Shown here piece by piece: positions 36,272 to 46,454 of a stretch of DNA of 64,000 bases. Both the position numbers and the translations under genes were made by a program. The stretch comes from a virus. The notes under the pieces were generated by a model, which worked only from the letters and a program-made list of their open reading frames with translations, made no database searches and had not been told where the DNA came from. Numbering within the stretch: position 1 is the first letter of the stretch; each line of letters starts with the position of its first letter. The stretch lies in the IMG/VR virus record IMGVR_UViG_3300037993_001242, positions 135,099-199,098 of that record. The stretch is one strand, 5' to 3'.

Positions 36272-36303
36272 CAGCGCGGCTGGGAATCAAACCAGCCGCG
36301 CTG
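36272..36303 (-). terminator. Rho-independent terminator
   Basis: 12-bp GC-rich stem CAGCGCGGCTGG/CCAGCCGCGCTG followed on the minus strand by TTTTGTTT. Confidence 0.75.
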
Positions 36304-36335
36304 CAACCCTAACCCAAACGTTTGCCTCTTTGTAA

Positions 36336-36626
36336 CTACCCACCAAAAGCTTCGACACTGCTGAGTACCGCCGTGTTCAACACCACGTATTCCTGTGTGT
36401 CCCAGTCCCATGCCTCGAAAACCAGCACGTCGGCGTCCCCGATGGCGCGTTCGCGATCAATGACGGCGGGACTGGGACTGCCGGGGAGTTTTTTGACACG
36501 AGCCGTGTCCAGCAACTCGGCCTTGATCATTGGCCGGTCACCAACACGGATGTAATGGGCATACTCCGGGTCAGGCGTCCAGAAGCCATCAGGCGTTTCA
36601 GCGCGGCCTGTCCGGTACAAAGTCAT
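36336..36626 (-). CDS. Hypothetical protein (96 aa)
   Basis: TAATG overlap with the upstream gene. Confidence 0.6.
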   Translation of the reverse strand: MTLYRTGRAETPDGFWTPDPEYAHYIRVGDRPMIKAELLDTARVKKLPGSPSPAVIDRERAIGDADVLVFEAWDWDTQEYVVLNTAVLSSVEAFGG

Positions 36627-37099
36627 TAAACTGGCGGTGGTTCCGTTGGCAGAGGTTCAGCCGGTGGTGCTTCGACTGGCGGTTCCGGCACAGCAGGTTC
36701 GGCTGCCGCAGTCTCTGCGGGGGCACCGGCAGGTGGTGCGGGAGGAGCACCAAATTTGGCCCGAAGTTCTTCGTCCGTCATCAGTACATCCCGAAAGCGC
36801 TTTTCCGGCCCTCGCAACCAACGAGCTTCGGCTTCCTCGCGGGAGACCGGCGGATACGTCTGCTGCGTAACCGGACTCGTAAATCCGTTCACGCGCTCGT
36901 CGACGAAACGTTTCTTGACCTGATCCAGCACACGCTGCATCCACGGCTCCCAGTTGCCCTCTGACGCGGCTTCTGGAGCCACAGGCTCGGCAGCAGGCGG
37001 AGCGGAGGCTGTGGGCACGGCGGGCGTCGCCGGGGCGGGTTCTTCAGGCGGAGGTTCTTGGTCTTCCCTGACCTGACGGATCGTGTCTTTGGCGTTCAT
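36626..37099 (-). CDS. WEPWM-family paralogue 1 with Pro/Ala/Glu-rich flanks
   Basis: MNAKDTIRQVRE; WEPWMQRVLDQVKKRFVDERV. Confidence 0.75.
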   Translation of the reverse strand: MNAKDTIRQVREDQEPPPEEPAPATPAVPTASAPPAAEPVAPEAASEGNWEPWMQRVLDQVKKRFVDERVNGFTSPVTQQTYPPVSREEAEARWLRGPEKRFRDVLMTDEELRAKFGAPPAPPAGAPAETAAAEPAVPEPPVEAPPAEPLPTEPPPV

Positions 37100-37431
37100 A
37101 TTGCGCTTGATTGTGTAGGTAGCTGTTTACGCCGCCAACCTCCAAGTTGGCGGTTGATCTTAGGATCATACGTTTTCAAAACTTCTCGAAAGTGAGGTTC
37201 AGCCGCAAGCCATCTTTGCTCAGCTTGTTCTCGTGAGACAGGAGGATAAGATGCGCCACCGCTTGGATGGGTAAAACCTGCAACACGTTCCTTAATAAAC
37301 CTGTCTTTCATCGCGCCCATAACCCGCTCCATTACCACCGGATCAGGTTCCCACAAGTCGGGATTGTCGAAATCAGGATCACTGAAAACGTCATGCTCCC
37401 GCAAACGCTGAATCGTCTGTTTTGCGTTCAT
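37096..37431 (-). CDS. WEPWM-family paralogue 2
   Basis: MNAKQTIQRLRE; WEP...KDRFIKERV...YPPVSREQAEQRWL. Confidence 0.75.
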   Translation of the reverse strand: MNAKQTIQRLREHDVFSDPDFDNPDLWEPDPVVMERVMGAMKDRFIKERVAGFTHPSGGASYPPVSREQAEQRWLAAEPHFREVLKTYDPKINRQLGGWRRKQLPTQSSAI

Positions 37432-37748
37432 GTAAATTTATGCGGCTTCAATGGTGAAGAACCGGGACGGCTTAAACGTTCAGCGTGCTGTTCCCGTATC
37501 TTTGGATCAGTCTGTATACGCTTTTTCATACTGTTGACCTGAACCTGCCACGCCTCGATGGCCGCTTCCGTACCCATGGGTGGATGCACCTGACCGGCTT
37601 TGTCCGTCCAGCCATAGGCCCGCTCTTCAATAAAGCGGCTGCGGATGTTGTTGAAGAGCCGCTGCATCCAAGGTTCCCATGGCGCAGACGGCAACCCGGC
37701 GCGTGACTCCTTCACGCGTCGAATGGCCTGTTTTGCACTGATGCTCAT
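37428..37748 (-). CDS. WEPWM-family paralogue 3
   Basis: SAKQAIRRVKE; WEPWMQRLF...RFIEER. Confidence 0.75.
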   Translation of the reverse strand: MSISAKQAIRRVKESRAGLPSAPWEPWMQRLFNNIRSRFIEERAYGWTDKAGQVHPPMGTEAAIEAWQVQVNSMKKRIQTDPKIREQHAERLSRPGSSPLKPHKFT

Positions 37749-37990
37749 TCAAATACCTGCGGATACCAGCGCTTCAACAACTCCATGATGGCTGGGCTGT
37801 TTCTTGCGTCTTCAATTTCCCGGCGCACTGTCGGTTCGACTTCAGTCCACCGGCGCTGGGCGTCAATCATAGCTACAGGTGGCGGCGCTCCCGTTTTGGC
37901 GGGCTGAGTCATATTGGTCGTGTATACGTGCTTGAGAAGATCAAGCAACTTGTCCATCCATGGCTCCCATTTGGTCGTGCTCTCGTTCAT
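37745..37990 (-). CDS. WEPWM-family paralogue 4
   Basis: KWEPWMDKLL...PPVAMIDAQRRW. Confidence 0.7.
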   Translation of the reverse strand: MNESTTKWEPWMDKLLDLLKHVYTTNMTQPAKTGAPPPVAMIDAQRRWTEVEPTVRREIEDARNSPAIMELLKRWYPQVFE

Positions 37991-38271
37991 ATAAACATGA
38001 CTTTACGCGTCTCCGACAGGTCGTGCCAAGGCTCGTCCGTCCGGCGGATCAAACCTTCCTCGGCGTGTTGCAGCCATGCTTCCATATAATACGACGTTGA
38101 TGTATACAGATCAAGGGTGATAATGTGAACCCAGTAGCCAGAGACGGCCAAAACCGCCATTGGATCACGATGATTGGGAATTACGTAGGAATAACCCTCC
38201 ACCGGCAGCCCCGCCGCCGCCCGCAGCAGACACGCTTTGAAATCGTAGCGCGTGCCACTTTCGGGGATCAT
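37987..38271 (-). CDS. PExG-tag family protein (dispersed member; ORF is open upstream to 38385)
   Basis: MIPESGTRYDFKACLL. Confidence 0.7.
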   Translation of the reverse strand: MIPESGTRYDFKACLLRAAAGLPVEGYSYVIPNHRDPMAVLAVSGYWVHIITLDLYTSTSYYMEAWLQHAEEGLIRRTDEPWHDLSETRKVMFI

Positions 38272-38359
38272 AAAGAGCAGCGGAGTGCCCAGCAGTTCGG
38301 CCCGGCAAGGGTTGGGGAAGTACGGGCCGCCTTGGAAAACCGGGCACTCCGCCGTGTTT

Positions 38360-38746
38360 TTAGTCCTCCGCCGATAGCGCATCAAGCTTGGCTGATTTCA
38401 CGTAACTGGAATTGGATACTGCCCACTTGTAGCTCCAATCCCAAATGTCCTGCACAAAGTTGGAGAATTCAGCCGCCGTGATGATGATAGTGTCGTCCAC
38501 GCTCATTTCCAGCATCTGAATCGCCCGGTCATACTGGGCCGTGTAATCCTGTGGTTGCACCAGCCGTGTAATTCTGGCCAACACAAACGGCTTACCGTTG
38601 CGCGCTGCCTTCAATTGGGCATCCAGTTCCTTGATGGCCACTTCCCGGTACTTCTCCTGTGCCTTCAAGAAAATGGCCCGGTGTTCGGCGCGATTTCTGC
38701 ACAGAATTTCCAGCAGTTCGTCTTTTTTAACTTTGACTTGGTTCAT
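38360..38746 (-). CDS. Hypothetical phage protein (128 aa)
   Basis: Helical protein; VKVKKDELLEIL..NRAEH...YDRAIQMLEMSVD. Confidence 0.7.
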   Translation of the reverse strand: MNQVKVKKDELLEILCRNRAEHRAIFLKAQEKYREVAIKELDAQLKAARNGKPFVLARITRLVQPQDYTAQYDRAIQMLEMSVDDTIIITAAEFSNFVQDIWDWSYKWAVSNSSYVKSAKLDALSAED

Positions 38747-38748
38747 GT

Positions 38749-40485
38749 TTACTCTCCGTTTCCATTTTGGCTGGCGCGTCCGTCGATAGCGCCAGTGGTT
38801 TGGTATTGGTGAACCCGTTGTACCGCCTCGCCCAGAAGCTGCTCAGACGTGGGCTTATGTTCGCTCTCGACCATCTCAATGTGTTTCTTGAGCGCTTTGG
38901 CCGCCAGCACCAGATCGTTGGCCGTGACCTTGCCCATGATTTCAGTGCCTTCGCGATGAATCGCAAAGCGCTTGGCTTTCTGCACCGCCTCGGCAATGAA
39001 CGAGGGCACAAACCCGGCCAGTTCTTTGCCCGCCTCAGTCAGGTCGATGTCCTTGACCAGCAGCGAATGGCCGTCATCGTTCCGGGCAAACATCTGCACA
39101 AACCGAACCGAGGTTTTGCCATCCGGCGCATCCAAACTGATGACCGTGTCGATGCGCCCGGCGCGTAGAAAAGCCGGTTCGATGTCTTCGGGCTTGTTGG
39201 TCGTCAGGATAGTGATGATCGGCTTGTCCTTGGTGTCCACGCCGTCGATGGTGTTCAGGATTTCGTTGATGTCACCGTCGCGGTCGCCGCTCATGACCTG
39301 ATCGATGTCCTCGGCGAACACCACCGCCGGTGCGTACAGTTGCGCCAAGACCAGCGCATCAGCAAGCTGCTCGGCATTCTTGAGGTAAATAAACGTCCAA
39401 CCATTGCGGACGCATTTGGAGGCCAGCACGCGAGCCGCCAACGTCTTGCCGGTGCCGTACGGCCCCATCAACAGGCAGCCGTGCTTGAGTGGGATGTTGT
39501 TGCGCAAGCACGCCTCGGTTTTCTCGATCAAGGTGAAAACGTTGGCCCGCAGTTCAAAGTCCGTCACGTCGTTCAAGATCAGCATATTTTCATCCACGTT
39601 CTTCACGTCGATGAAATTGGGCGCGTCGTTAATGGGATTAAAGCGCCGGTCTTCGTCGATGAACGACAGGTCAATGGTGATCGCCTGCCCTTTGTAAATG
39701 CTCTGCTCCTTGAGCCGCTGGCGCGCCAATGCGATGATACGCTTGACCTCTGGCTCAAACTTGCGCTTGATCTCGCCACGCAGTACCAAGGCGGCATCCT
39801 TGGCCAGTTCAGTATCGAAGAAGCCACCTTCCCACTTCGGGATGGCGATCCGGCCCAGCGGAGCCGTCTCGAAACCGCCGTTGGCCAGCGGCACCTGAAC
39901 CATCATTGGTGGCTCTTTTTCGCCGAAAAAGCCGGGCGTGTCTTCCAAGCTGGCAAAGCCGTATACTTCCTTGAGCGCCCGCATCACCGCCACGATGCCA
40001 TCCAGCGGATAGCAAGCAATTTTGTCGAAGATGGCGACTTTCTTTTCCTCGGCCTCTTCCTGCCGCTTGAGCCAAATATGCGCTTCGGGGTAGGACATTC
40101 CTTCGGGAATGATGATCTGGGTGCCTTCGCGGAGAATGCGCACTTCCTTGAAGGTCGTACCGTCGTTGGCTTCGTCATCCGCTGATTTACGGAAGGGTGT
40201 TGGTGTAAGGGTTGAAGGTTGTACGTCGGCCATGTTCATAGATTTTTTGGTGTAGTTGCCGGGTGGCATAGATTTGTCTGGTGCTTTCAGTTGTTTGGTT
40301 TCAGTGGGTTTAGGTTCTTCAAGGAGTTCGATGTCCATGGGCCGTATCCCTGCGGCCATACCCAAGCGAAGATGGAGCCTTTCAGCCAGTATGTGCATCA
40401 CTTGGCTGAATGCCTCCATTTCTTCGATGGGAACCTGCGTGGAAAACGTTTGGCCCGAAGGCAACTGAACAAATACTTGTGGCAT
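38749..40485 (-). CDS. AAA+ ATPase (single AAA module, long N-terminal region)
   Basis: GCLLMGPYGTGKT, VFAEDID, ILNTIDG, LTTNKP, FLRAGRID. Confidence 0.9.
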   Translation of the reverse strand: MPQVFVQLPSGQTFSTQVPIEEMEAFSQVMHILAERLHLRLGMAAGIRPMDIELLEEPKPTETKQLKAPDKSMPPGNYTKKSMNMADVQPSTLTPTPFRKSADDEANDGTTFKEVRILREGTQIIIPEGMSYPEAHIWLKRQEEAEEKKVAIFDKIACYPLDGIVAVMRALKEVYGFASLEDTPGFFGEKEPPMMVQVPLANGGFETAPLGRIAIPKWEGGFFDTELAKDAALVLRGEIKRKFEPEVKRIIALARQRLKEQSIYKGQAITIDLSFIDEDRRFNPINDAPNFIDVKNVDENMLILNDVTDFELRANVFTLIEKTEACLRNNIPLKHGCLLMGPYGTGKTLAARVLASKCVRNGWTFIYLKNAEQLADALVLAQLYAPAVVFAEDIDQVMSGDRDGDINEILNTIDGVDTKDKPIITILTTNKPEDIEPAFLRAGRIDTVISLDAPDGKTSVRFVQMFARNDDGHSLLVKDIDLTEAGKELAGFVPSFIAEAVQKAKRFAIHREGTEIMGKVTANDLVLAAKALKKHIEMVESEHKPTSEQLLGEAVQRVHQYQTTGAIDGRASQNGNGE

Positions 40486-40520
40486 TTTTGGTTTTGCCGC
40501 CGGAGGCAGCGTCAGCAGGT

Positions 40521-40979
40521 TTATGGCTGATGATACCGCGTGGACACATCGCGTGAAGGTGGAACCGCGCCGGGGCCGCCGGGGGACTCTTCCTTGGTGC
40601 TGCTCTTGACGCCCAGTCGCTGCTCGTCAAAATGCAGTTCCAACGGCGCAGCCGTCTTCGGATTGCGCTCTTTTTTGGACGTGACGCCGATGCGCACACA
40701 GCCGTTGTGGAATTCGGTATGCACGGTGGCGATGCCCTTGAAGCCAGTGACCGTGTCCTTAACTTCGGTGCCCAGCACGGCGGGCACCGGACGCGGATTT
40801 TTGGCAAGGTCTTTGTCGAGGCGGCTTTCCTCGATCCACTCCTCATGGATGGCCCCTTCCTTGAGTTTGGCGCTGGTGACGCAGATGTGCGCGCAGCCGT
40901 GCAAAAATGTGCTGATGGCGGTAGCAATGCCTTCAAAGCCAGTGACACTGTCTTTAACTTTTTGATTGAGTGTGATCAT
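40521..40979 (-). CDS. Protein with an internally duplicated small beta domain
   Basis: VKDSVTGFEGIAT...HGCAHICV and VKDTVTGFKGIAT...NGCVRIGV. Confidence 0.75.
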   Translation of the reverse strand: MITLNQKVKDSVTGFEGIATAISTFLHGCAHICVTSAKLKEGAIHEEWIEESRLDKDLAKNPRPVPAVLGTEVKDTVTGFKGIATVHTEFHNGCVRIGVTSKKERNPKTAAPLELHFDEQRLGVKSSTKEESPGGPGAVPPSRDVSTRYHQP

Positions 40980-41088
40980 CTGATAATTTTGGTTGATGTT
41001 GATTTATTTTGTCCGTGAACTTCGGGAGGACTGTATACAACTGCTGCGCGGTTTGGCAAGCACTAAAAATCTTTTATTGACGAAATTT

Positions 41089-42045
41089 TTAGTGCGGCTT
41101 GAGCAAACGATATTGACCGCACATCAACACAACCTGAATGGCCAGCAGTGCCAGCCAGACGACGAACCACAGGCACCGATCTTTGGTCGGCAATTCGGGC
41201 CGCTCGTCTTGGTCTGGTTCCTCAACCGTACTACCCTCCCGCCGCCGAATCCGCCGGTGGAACCACTCGCCCAGCCAATAAAGGGCCGCGATGAACGCGC
41301 CGAAAGAGCAATCGACCATGTTCGCCCAGAAATGATGACCAACATTAAGGCAGGTTAAAAGCAGCATGACCCAGAAAATAGAGTATACCGCCACCGCCTT
41401 ACGCCTGTGTGTCCAGCGGTCAATGTCCATGACCACGAGTATCCACAAAATCAACATGCCGGGTTCACCCACCATGGCGGTAAACACCAGCAGCAAACCA
41501 TAACCAAGGTAGCGTAGCCGGTAGTCCGTGGCCTGCGTGATCCGCCCGCCGTCAAAGGGCGAGATCGGGATCATGTTGAAGAGGTTGATGGCGACACCGA
41601 TCAACGACGCGGACAACCAGAAACGCTGGCCGTTGAACAAGTAGGGCAGTGCAAAAACCATGGCTGCAATCGTACCCAGCAACGGCCCGCCCAGACCCAC
41701 GTAGGCTTCGTCGTGCCGGTTGTTCAAACGCGGGCCGAAGATTACTGCCCCCAGAAACGGAATGAAGATCGGCAGCCGCAGGCCGAAGCCTTTTTGTTTG
41801 AGTGCCAGCACATGGCCCGTTTCATGCAGGAAGATCAACAGCAACAGGGCTACAGCCATCGCCAGACCCAAGGCAAACGATTCGCAAACGCTGAACAGCA
41901 CCATGCTGATCATGGAGATGAAAACCTTCAGCAGCTTGAACGACTTGAGCAGCTTGGCGGATTTGGCCAACATGCCCACCATGATCTTGGCGTGCTGACC
42001 GAAAAAACTTCTTCGAGGATGTGGTTCCGCGTTACCAGAGGTCAT
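41089..42045 (-). CDS. Site-2 protease (peptidase M50) family membrane metalloprotease
   Basis: HETGH zinc motif, FIPFLGA, GGPLLG, NLFNMIPISPFDGGR. Confidence 0.9.
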   Translation of the reverse strand: MTSGNAEPHPRRSFFGQHAKIMVGMLAKSAKLLKSFKLLKVFISMISMVLFSVCESFALGLAMAVALLLLIFLHETGHVLALKQKGFGLRLPIFIPFLGAVIFGPRLNNRHDEAYVGLGGPLLGTIAAMVFALPYLFNGQRFWLSASLIGVAINLFNMIPISPFDGGRITQATDYRLRYLGYGLLLVFTAMVGEPGMLILWILVVMDIDRWTHRRKAVAVYSIFWVMLLLTCLNVGHHFWANMVDCSFGAFIAALYWLGEWFHRRIRRREGSTVEEPDQDERPELPTKDRCLWFVVWLALLAIQVVLMCGQYRLLKPH

Positions 42046-43407
42046 GCAGGCTTATAATTGTACTGCCGGAAGTTATCGTACATCTCCGCCCGGCCTTTCG
42101 TATCCCGGTTGTCCATCTTCAAAGCAAGTTCATTGAGGGCAGCATCCCAACCGGGGCGTTCCAGTGACAGTTTCGCCAGCGCCAGCAATATCATCTGGCG
42201 GTCTCCTTCTTCGATTTCAAGATGGTGAGTCATTTCCACCACGTTACAATTACGCCGCCGGTGACGTATTCCCCGGCAGCTTTCATACTCGTGCGGCTCT
42301 CGCCTATCGTGAAGCGGACGTACCATTCGCAGGGCTTGTCGACTTCAGTCTGAAATTTAATGTCGTATACACCGTTCCAGTGATTGGTGCGCCCAAGCTC
42401 TTTCAGCGCCTCCTCGACCGTCCGGCCTATCGCATAGATGATCAACTGAAAGGTGCGCCGAAAATCATCGGGCTTCCTCGGCTGAAACTTTTTGCCGAAG
42501 TACATATCGTAAATCTGATCTTTTACACTGGTTTTTCGCATACGGCCTTCTCCGCTGCCTTCAGTTTGTCGACCAACTTAAACATTTTGACCGTATCCGC
42601 CGATGACAACATGCGCATTGAAAAAAAGATCGGCATCCCGTTGATCGACCTTGGCCCCGCCTTCTCCAGATACTCGTAAATCAATCCGGGCGAATCGGCT
42701 TTGAGTTTCTTGAATGCTTTTTCATCCATCAGGTTCAAAATCATGAACACCATCGGCAGATCATCCGGTCGGGCAACGTGCCGGTCACAAAAAATCATTC
42801 CGTGGTGAAAATCCACGGCAAGTTGTTTAATTTCTGCGTCGGTCAAATTTTTCATTTTCTTATTCTTGGTTTTTCCTCAGCCACCGCCCTGATCTCGACC
42901 ATGATGGCCAGCCCGATGGCATCGGTGCCAGTCGGATCGGCCTGTATGGCGGCGCGCATCTCCGGCTCACATTCGCCCAGCATCTCGTACCACAATCGTT
43001 GCCGTCGTTCAGCTTCATCTTTGGTCAGTTTAGGCAGAAACGATTTCACGCTTGGCCTCTTTGCGTTGGAGCTTGTGCGTTTTACGCTTCCAGCGCCGCC
43101 GGGCGATCCGTCTGGCTTGGTCGCCGTTGTTCCATACATCGTGAGGCGACATGAATCGGCCCCGCAGTCTGGACTCTTTTTTCGATTGTGGTTTCATAAC
43201 AAAATGCCCGCCTCGCCCCCAATCCCGGAGGGCCACACGAAGAGCGATCAACCCAGAAAGCATCTCCGCTGAGGCGGGCGAATTACGGATGAATTCGTCC
43301 GAACAGCCAGCAGACCGCCCATATCAAGCCAAGAACCAAAATCGCCTTGAAAAACTGCCGGTCAAGGTTGTACAGGCGCAAAGCTAATTTTTTCATACCG
43401 GTTCAGC

Positions 43408-43436
43408 AACGTATACAACTAGCAGGAAATTGTCAA
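43408..43436 (-). promoter_or_regulatory. Sigma70-like promoter TTGACA-N17-TACGTT
   Basis: GTATAC core; precedes the 37-aa ORF at 43396. Confidence 0.65.
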
Positions 43437-45451
43437 CAGTTAAATTTAATGCTTATCCTTTTCTTTCCTGTAGGCGAGGGCCATGGATAGCGCCAACACC
43501 GCCGATGCAGCCGCCAGCGCCAGCCAGTACGCCAGATCGGGTGGCAAACCGTGGCGATGCCGCGCAACAAGGATAAGCAAAGCCCGCAGATCGCAGTACA
43601 GGGCAAAACAACCGATCACAAAAGCTGCCCAGCGGATAAACTGCAACATAATCAATGCTTCATCTCCTCCAAGATGGGCGCGATCTCCACGACATTGGTG
43701 GCCAGTTTGACGTGGCGCAGGGTCGCATTCATGCCGTCAGCAAAACCTTCCTGATACTTCTGGATGTCGTGCATTTGAAGTTCCAGTTTATGCCGGGCAT
43801 TGACTTTTTCTTGAGTACGCGCCGTCATGATGATAAGCACCAGAATAGCTGCATACGCGATAACGAGTGTCAGCATTAGTATTTTTCTCATAATTTATCT
43901 GGGTTAACCTGCTTTGGCTTTAACGCGCTCCTGTTCGATGTCGAATTCCATTACTTTCCGGTCATGGACGCTGGCCTTGACCTGATCTTCTGGCCCCCAC
44001 CAACACTCACAACCCCAAACGACCTTGCCGCTGTCCAGCAGAATTTTGGGATTGGTGTGGCCCATTGCGGCCAGCGACAAACCAAACATGGTAATTTCCG
44101 GGGGCGGAACTTCTTCGCCCATGTACTGACCATAGCCGAAGATACGAACTTCGTCCTTGTCAGCGGACATAATGGCTCCCACCCGGTCACCGATCTGGTA
44201 GCCCCTTTTTACTTTGGGTTTTTCGTCTGGCATATCAATTCCTCTGGTTCGTTGTATCGCGGGCAATAATCGGAGGCCACGGCCACGGTCAGGGGGTCGC
44301 GACACCATGAAAAAAAGGGCGCAATGGCGCTCTGGCACCAGCCCGCCGCCTCGGTGCCCTGTTCATCCCCAAATTCACGCAGCGCCAGTTCAATTGCGCC
44401 GAGCAGCCGGTACTTGAAATCAGGCAAAGCGATCACCCGGCGCACGGCTTCCAAGTCCTGCCCGGCATACTCGTGTTTTATCGTGCGTCGCACTTCCCCG
44501 GTAAGACTTTCCTCCAAGACCGGCAGGTCAGCGAGTTGAAAAACGCGACCCCAAAAGTCCGTGCCCCATGAATTTACATTGAAGGTCTCGACATTGACGA
44601 ACGTCGGTTTGCCGTTGTGCATTCTGACTGGGCGGTAATCACGGCTCATGCTAATGAACTGTCATCAGGTCAAGCTCGGACAGATGCCAAAGTTCGGTGC
44701 CCACGCATTCACAGCCCTGCGGCTGATTATAGCGGTCGTAACCGAAAAACAATCCCACTGTGCCGTCACCCGTATCCACCGCGCTGACCATGGCATCACG
44801 GCCAGCGCGCCACCAATCCGGGTGATCGGCACGCACACGCACGAAATTACCGCTTTCTAATTGGATTTGAGTGCTCATGGTTCGTCCGGCAGTACGTCGC
44901 CTTTGTTGTATTTGCCCGCCGGGACGATCATCACGTCGTAACGGTCATTGACCTTTTCCTGCCCGGTTTGCAGCCGAAGTTCGGCGGTGTTACGGCCTGA
45001 GCCGTAACCGGGCCAACGCTTCATGTCCTTGCCAATCACGGCATCAACCTTGCGGGTGGCCTTCTCGAAAATGACCACGTCGGCACGTTCCTCTGATTTT
45101 TTCATATCAAGCAAGTTTCCGCTCTGAAATTAAAAACGGACTTCGATCCAACAGCAAATAGCCCAAGATGCGCGCCAAGACCCGAAACGACTCGGTTTCG
45201 GATTCAACAATGAAACAACTGCCGAAAAGAATAACCCGCTCGCGTTTTATTCTTATGTGAGCGGTCTTGTGCGCTTTTAAAAGCCTGTTTCTTTCAACCG
45301 GAGCTTCCCGCCCGCCGTATTCTTCCAAGGCGGCGGCTTCCTGCATTTCCTTGCGCAACGCCTCCGCGTCGCCGGAATTGATCTGCCCAGCCTGCTCGGC
45401 AGCAACCGTTCCGTTCGCTAAGACTTCAAAAATTGGATCAGGCATACGTGC

Positions 45452-45480
45452 AATGTATACGCGTAGGCTATGCGTGTCAA
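45452..45480 (-). promoter_or_regulatory. Sigma70-like promoter TTGACA-N17-TACATT
   Basis: ATG 45445 lies 6 nt downstream. Confidence 0.7.
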
Positions 45481-46217
45481 TAGGAAAGTTTAATGCACCG
45501 GGCCGTTGGTGAAGCCGACCGCCTCGCCATCCACGGTCACGATGTGCGTATCCCAGCCGATGCGGTCATCGTACATGTATTTTTCGACCTTCACCTGCTT
45601 GGGTTTGACCTTGAGCAGCGATGCCAACGCCGCGAGACTGGCATCCACTTCAATGACCGTTTCCATGGCTTCGGCCAGCGTACCTCGATGCTCCCGGAAT
45701 TTGATCTTGGCTGCGCTCATATCAGTTTGATGTGCTCTTCTTCGACCACGTCTACATACACGGGCTTGTTGGCCGCATCCCGCAAATGCGTCTTAACAAA
45801 CGTCCCCTGCCTAACTATAAACGGCACCAACTTCGTACCGCCGTCAAAGTTCCAAACAGCGTACAAGAACAGCGGCAGTTCCCGGATGCTGTTGATCATC
45901 AACTCCACGTTATTGGCCACGACCGCCTTCCAATCGGACAACACGGGCACACCCTTTTGTTTTTCGGTTTCCCCGACCGTGCGAATGTGGGGAATGACAA
46001 CACGCTTGTAACCCCGGAGCCGCAGGTCGTGCTCGGCCAGCCACGTGCAAAGCGGCTCGTCGTAGACGAGCTTACCATAGCCAACGTATTCGTCATCGGT
46101 AAATTCTTTCATTGGCGTAGGGAAGACCCAGTTTGGCAGCAATACGGCGCACCTGCTCCACGGTTTTGCCGCGTTTGATCTGGCGATAACCTTTATTGTT
46201 GTGATGCTTGCGCGTTT

Positions 46218-46454
46218 TCACAGTTTGGTAGGTTGCAGGCCATCCACCCAGCTATGCGCTTTGGCTACAGCCCGTTCACGCGATTCCGTCGAATCCACCT
46301 TATACCGAAAATGATGGTGCAACAAGTACCCACCGGTCGAGAGTGGGTCACGCACCTGAATGGTGCTGGTGCTGTTTTTACCCCGGCCCGCTTTGCCGCC
46401 GCTTTTACTGGCGTCAGCAATGACGTAACCTTTGTACTGAATGAAAAACTTCAT
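46218..46454 (-). CDS. Tandem-pair paralogue A
   Basis: YKGYVIADASKSGGKAGRGKNSTSTIQVR. Confidence 0.7.
   Translation of the reverse strand: MKFFIQYKGYVIADASKSGGKAGRGKNSTSTIQVRDPLSTGGYLLHHHFRYKVDSTESRERAVAKAHSWVDGLQPTKL

Larger units (their letters stand above)
42042..46142 (-). other. Run of small hypothetical CDSs: 42042-42233, 42230-42541, 42523-42855, 42852-43139, 43283-43396, 43446-43655, 43652-43891, 43904-44338, 44209-44649, 44651-44878, 44875-45114, 45107-45445, 45490-45720, 45717-46142
   Basis: Same-strand tiling with ATGA overlaps; several small membrane proteins; some starts uncertain. Confidence 0.6.
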
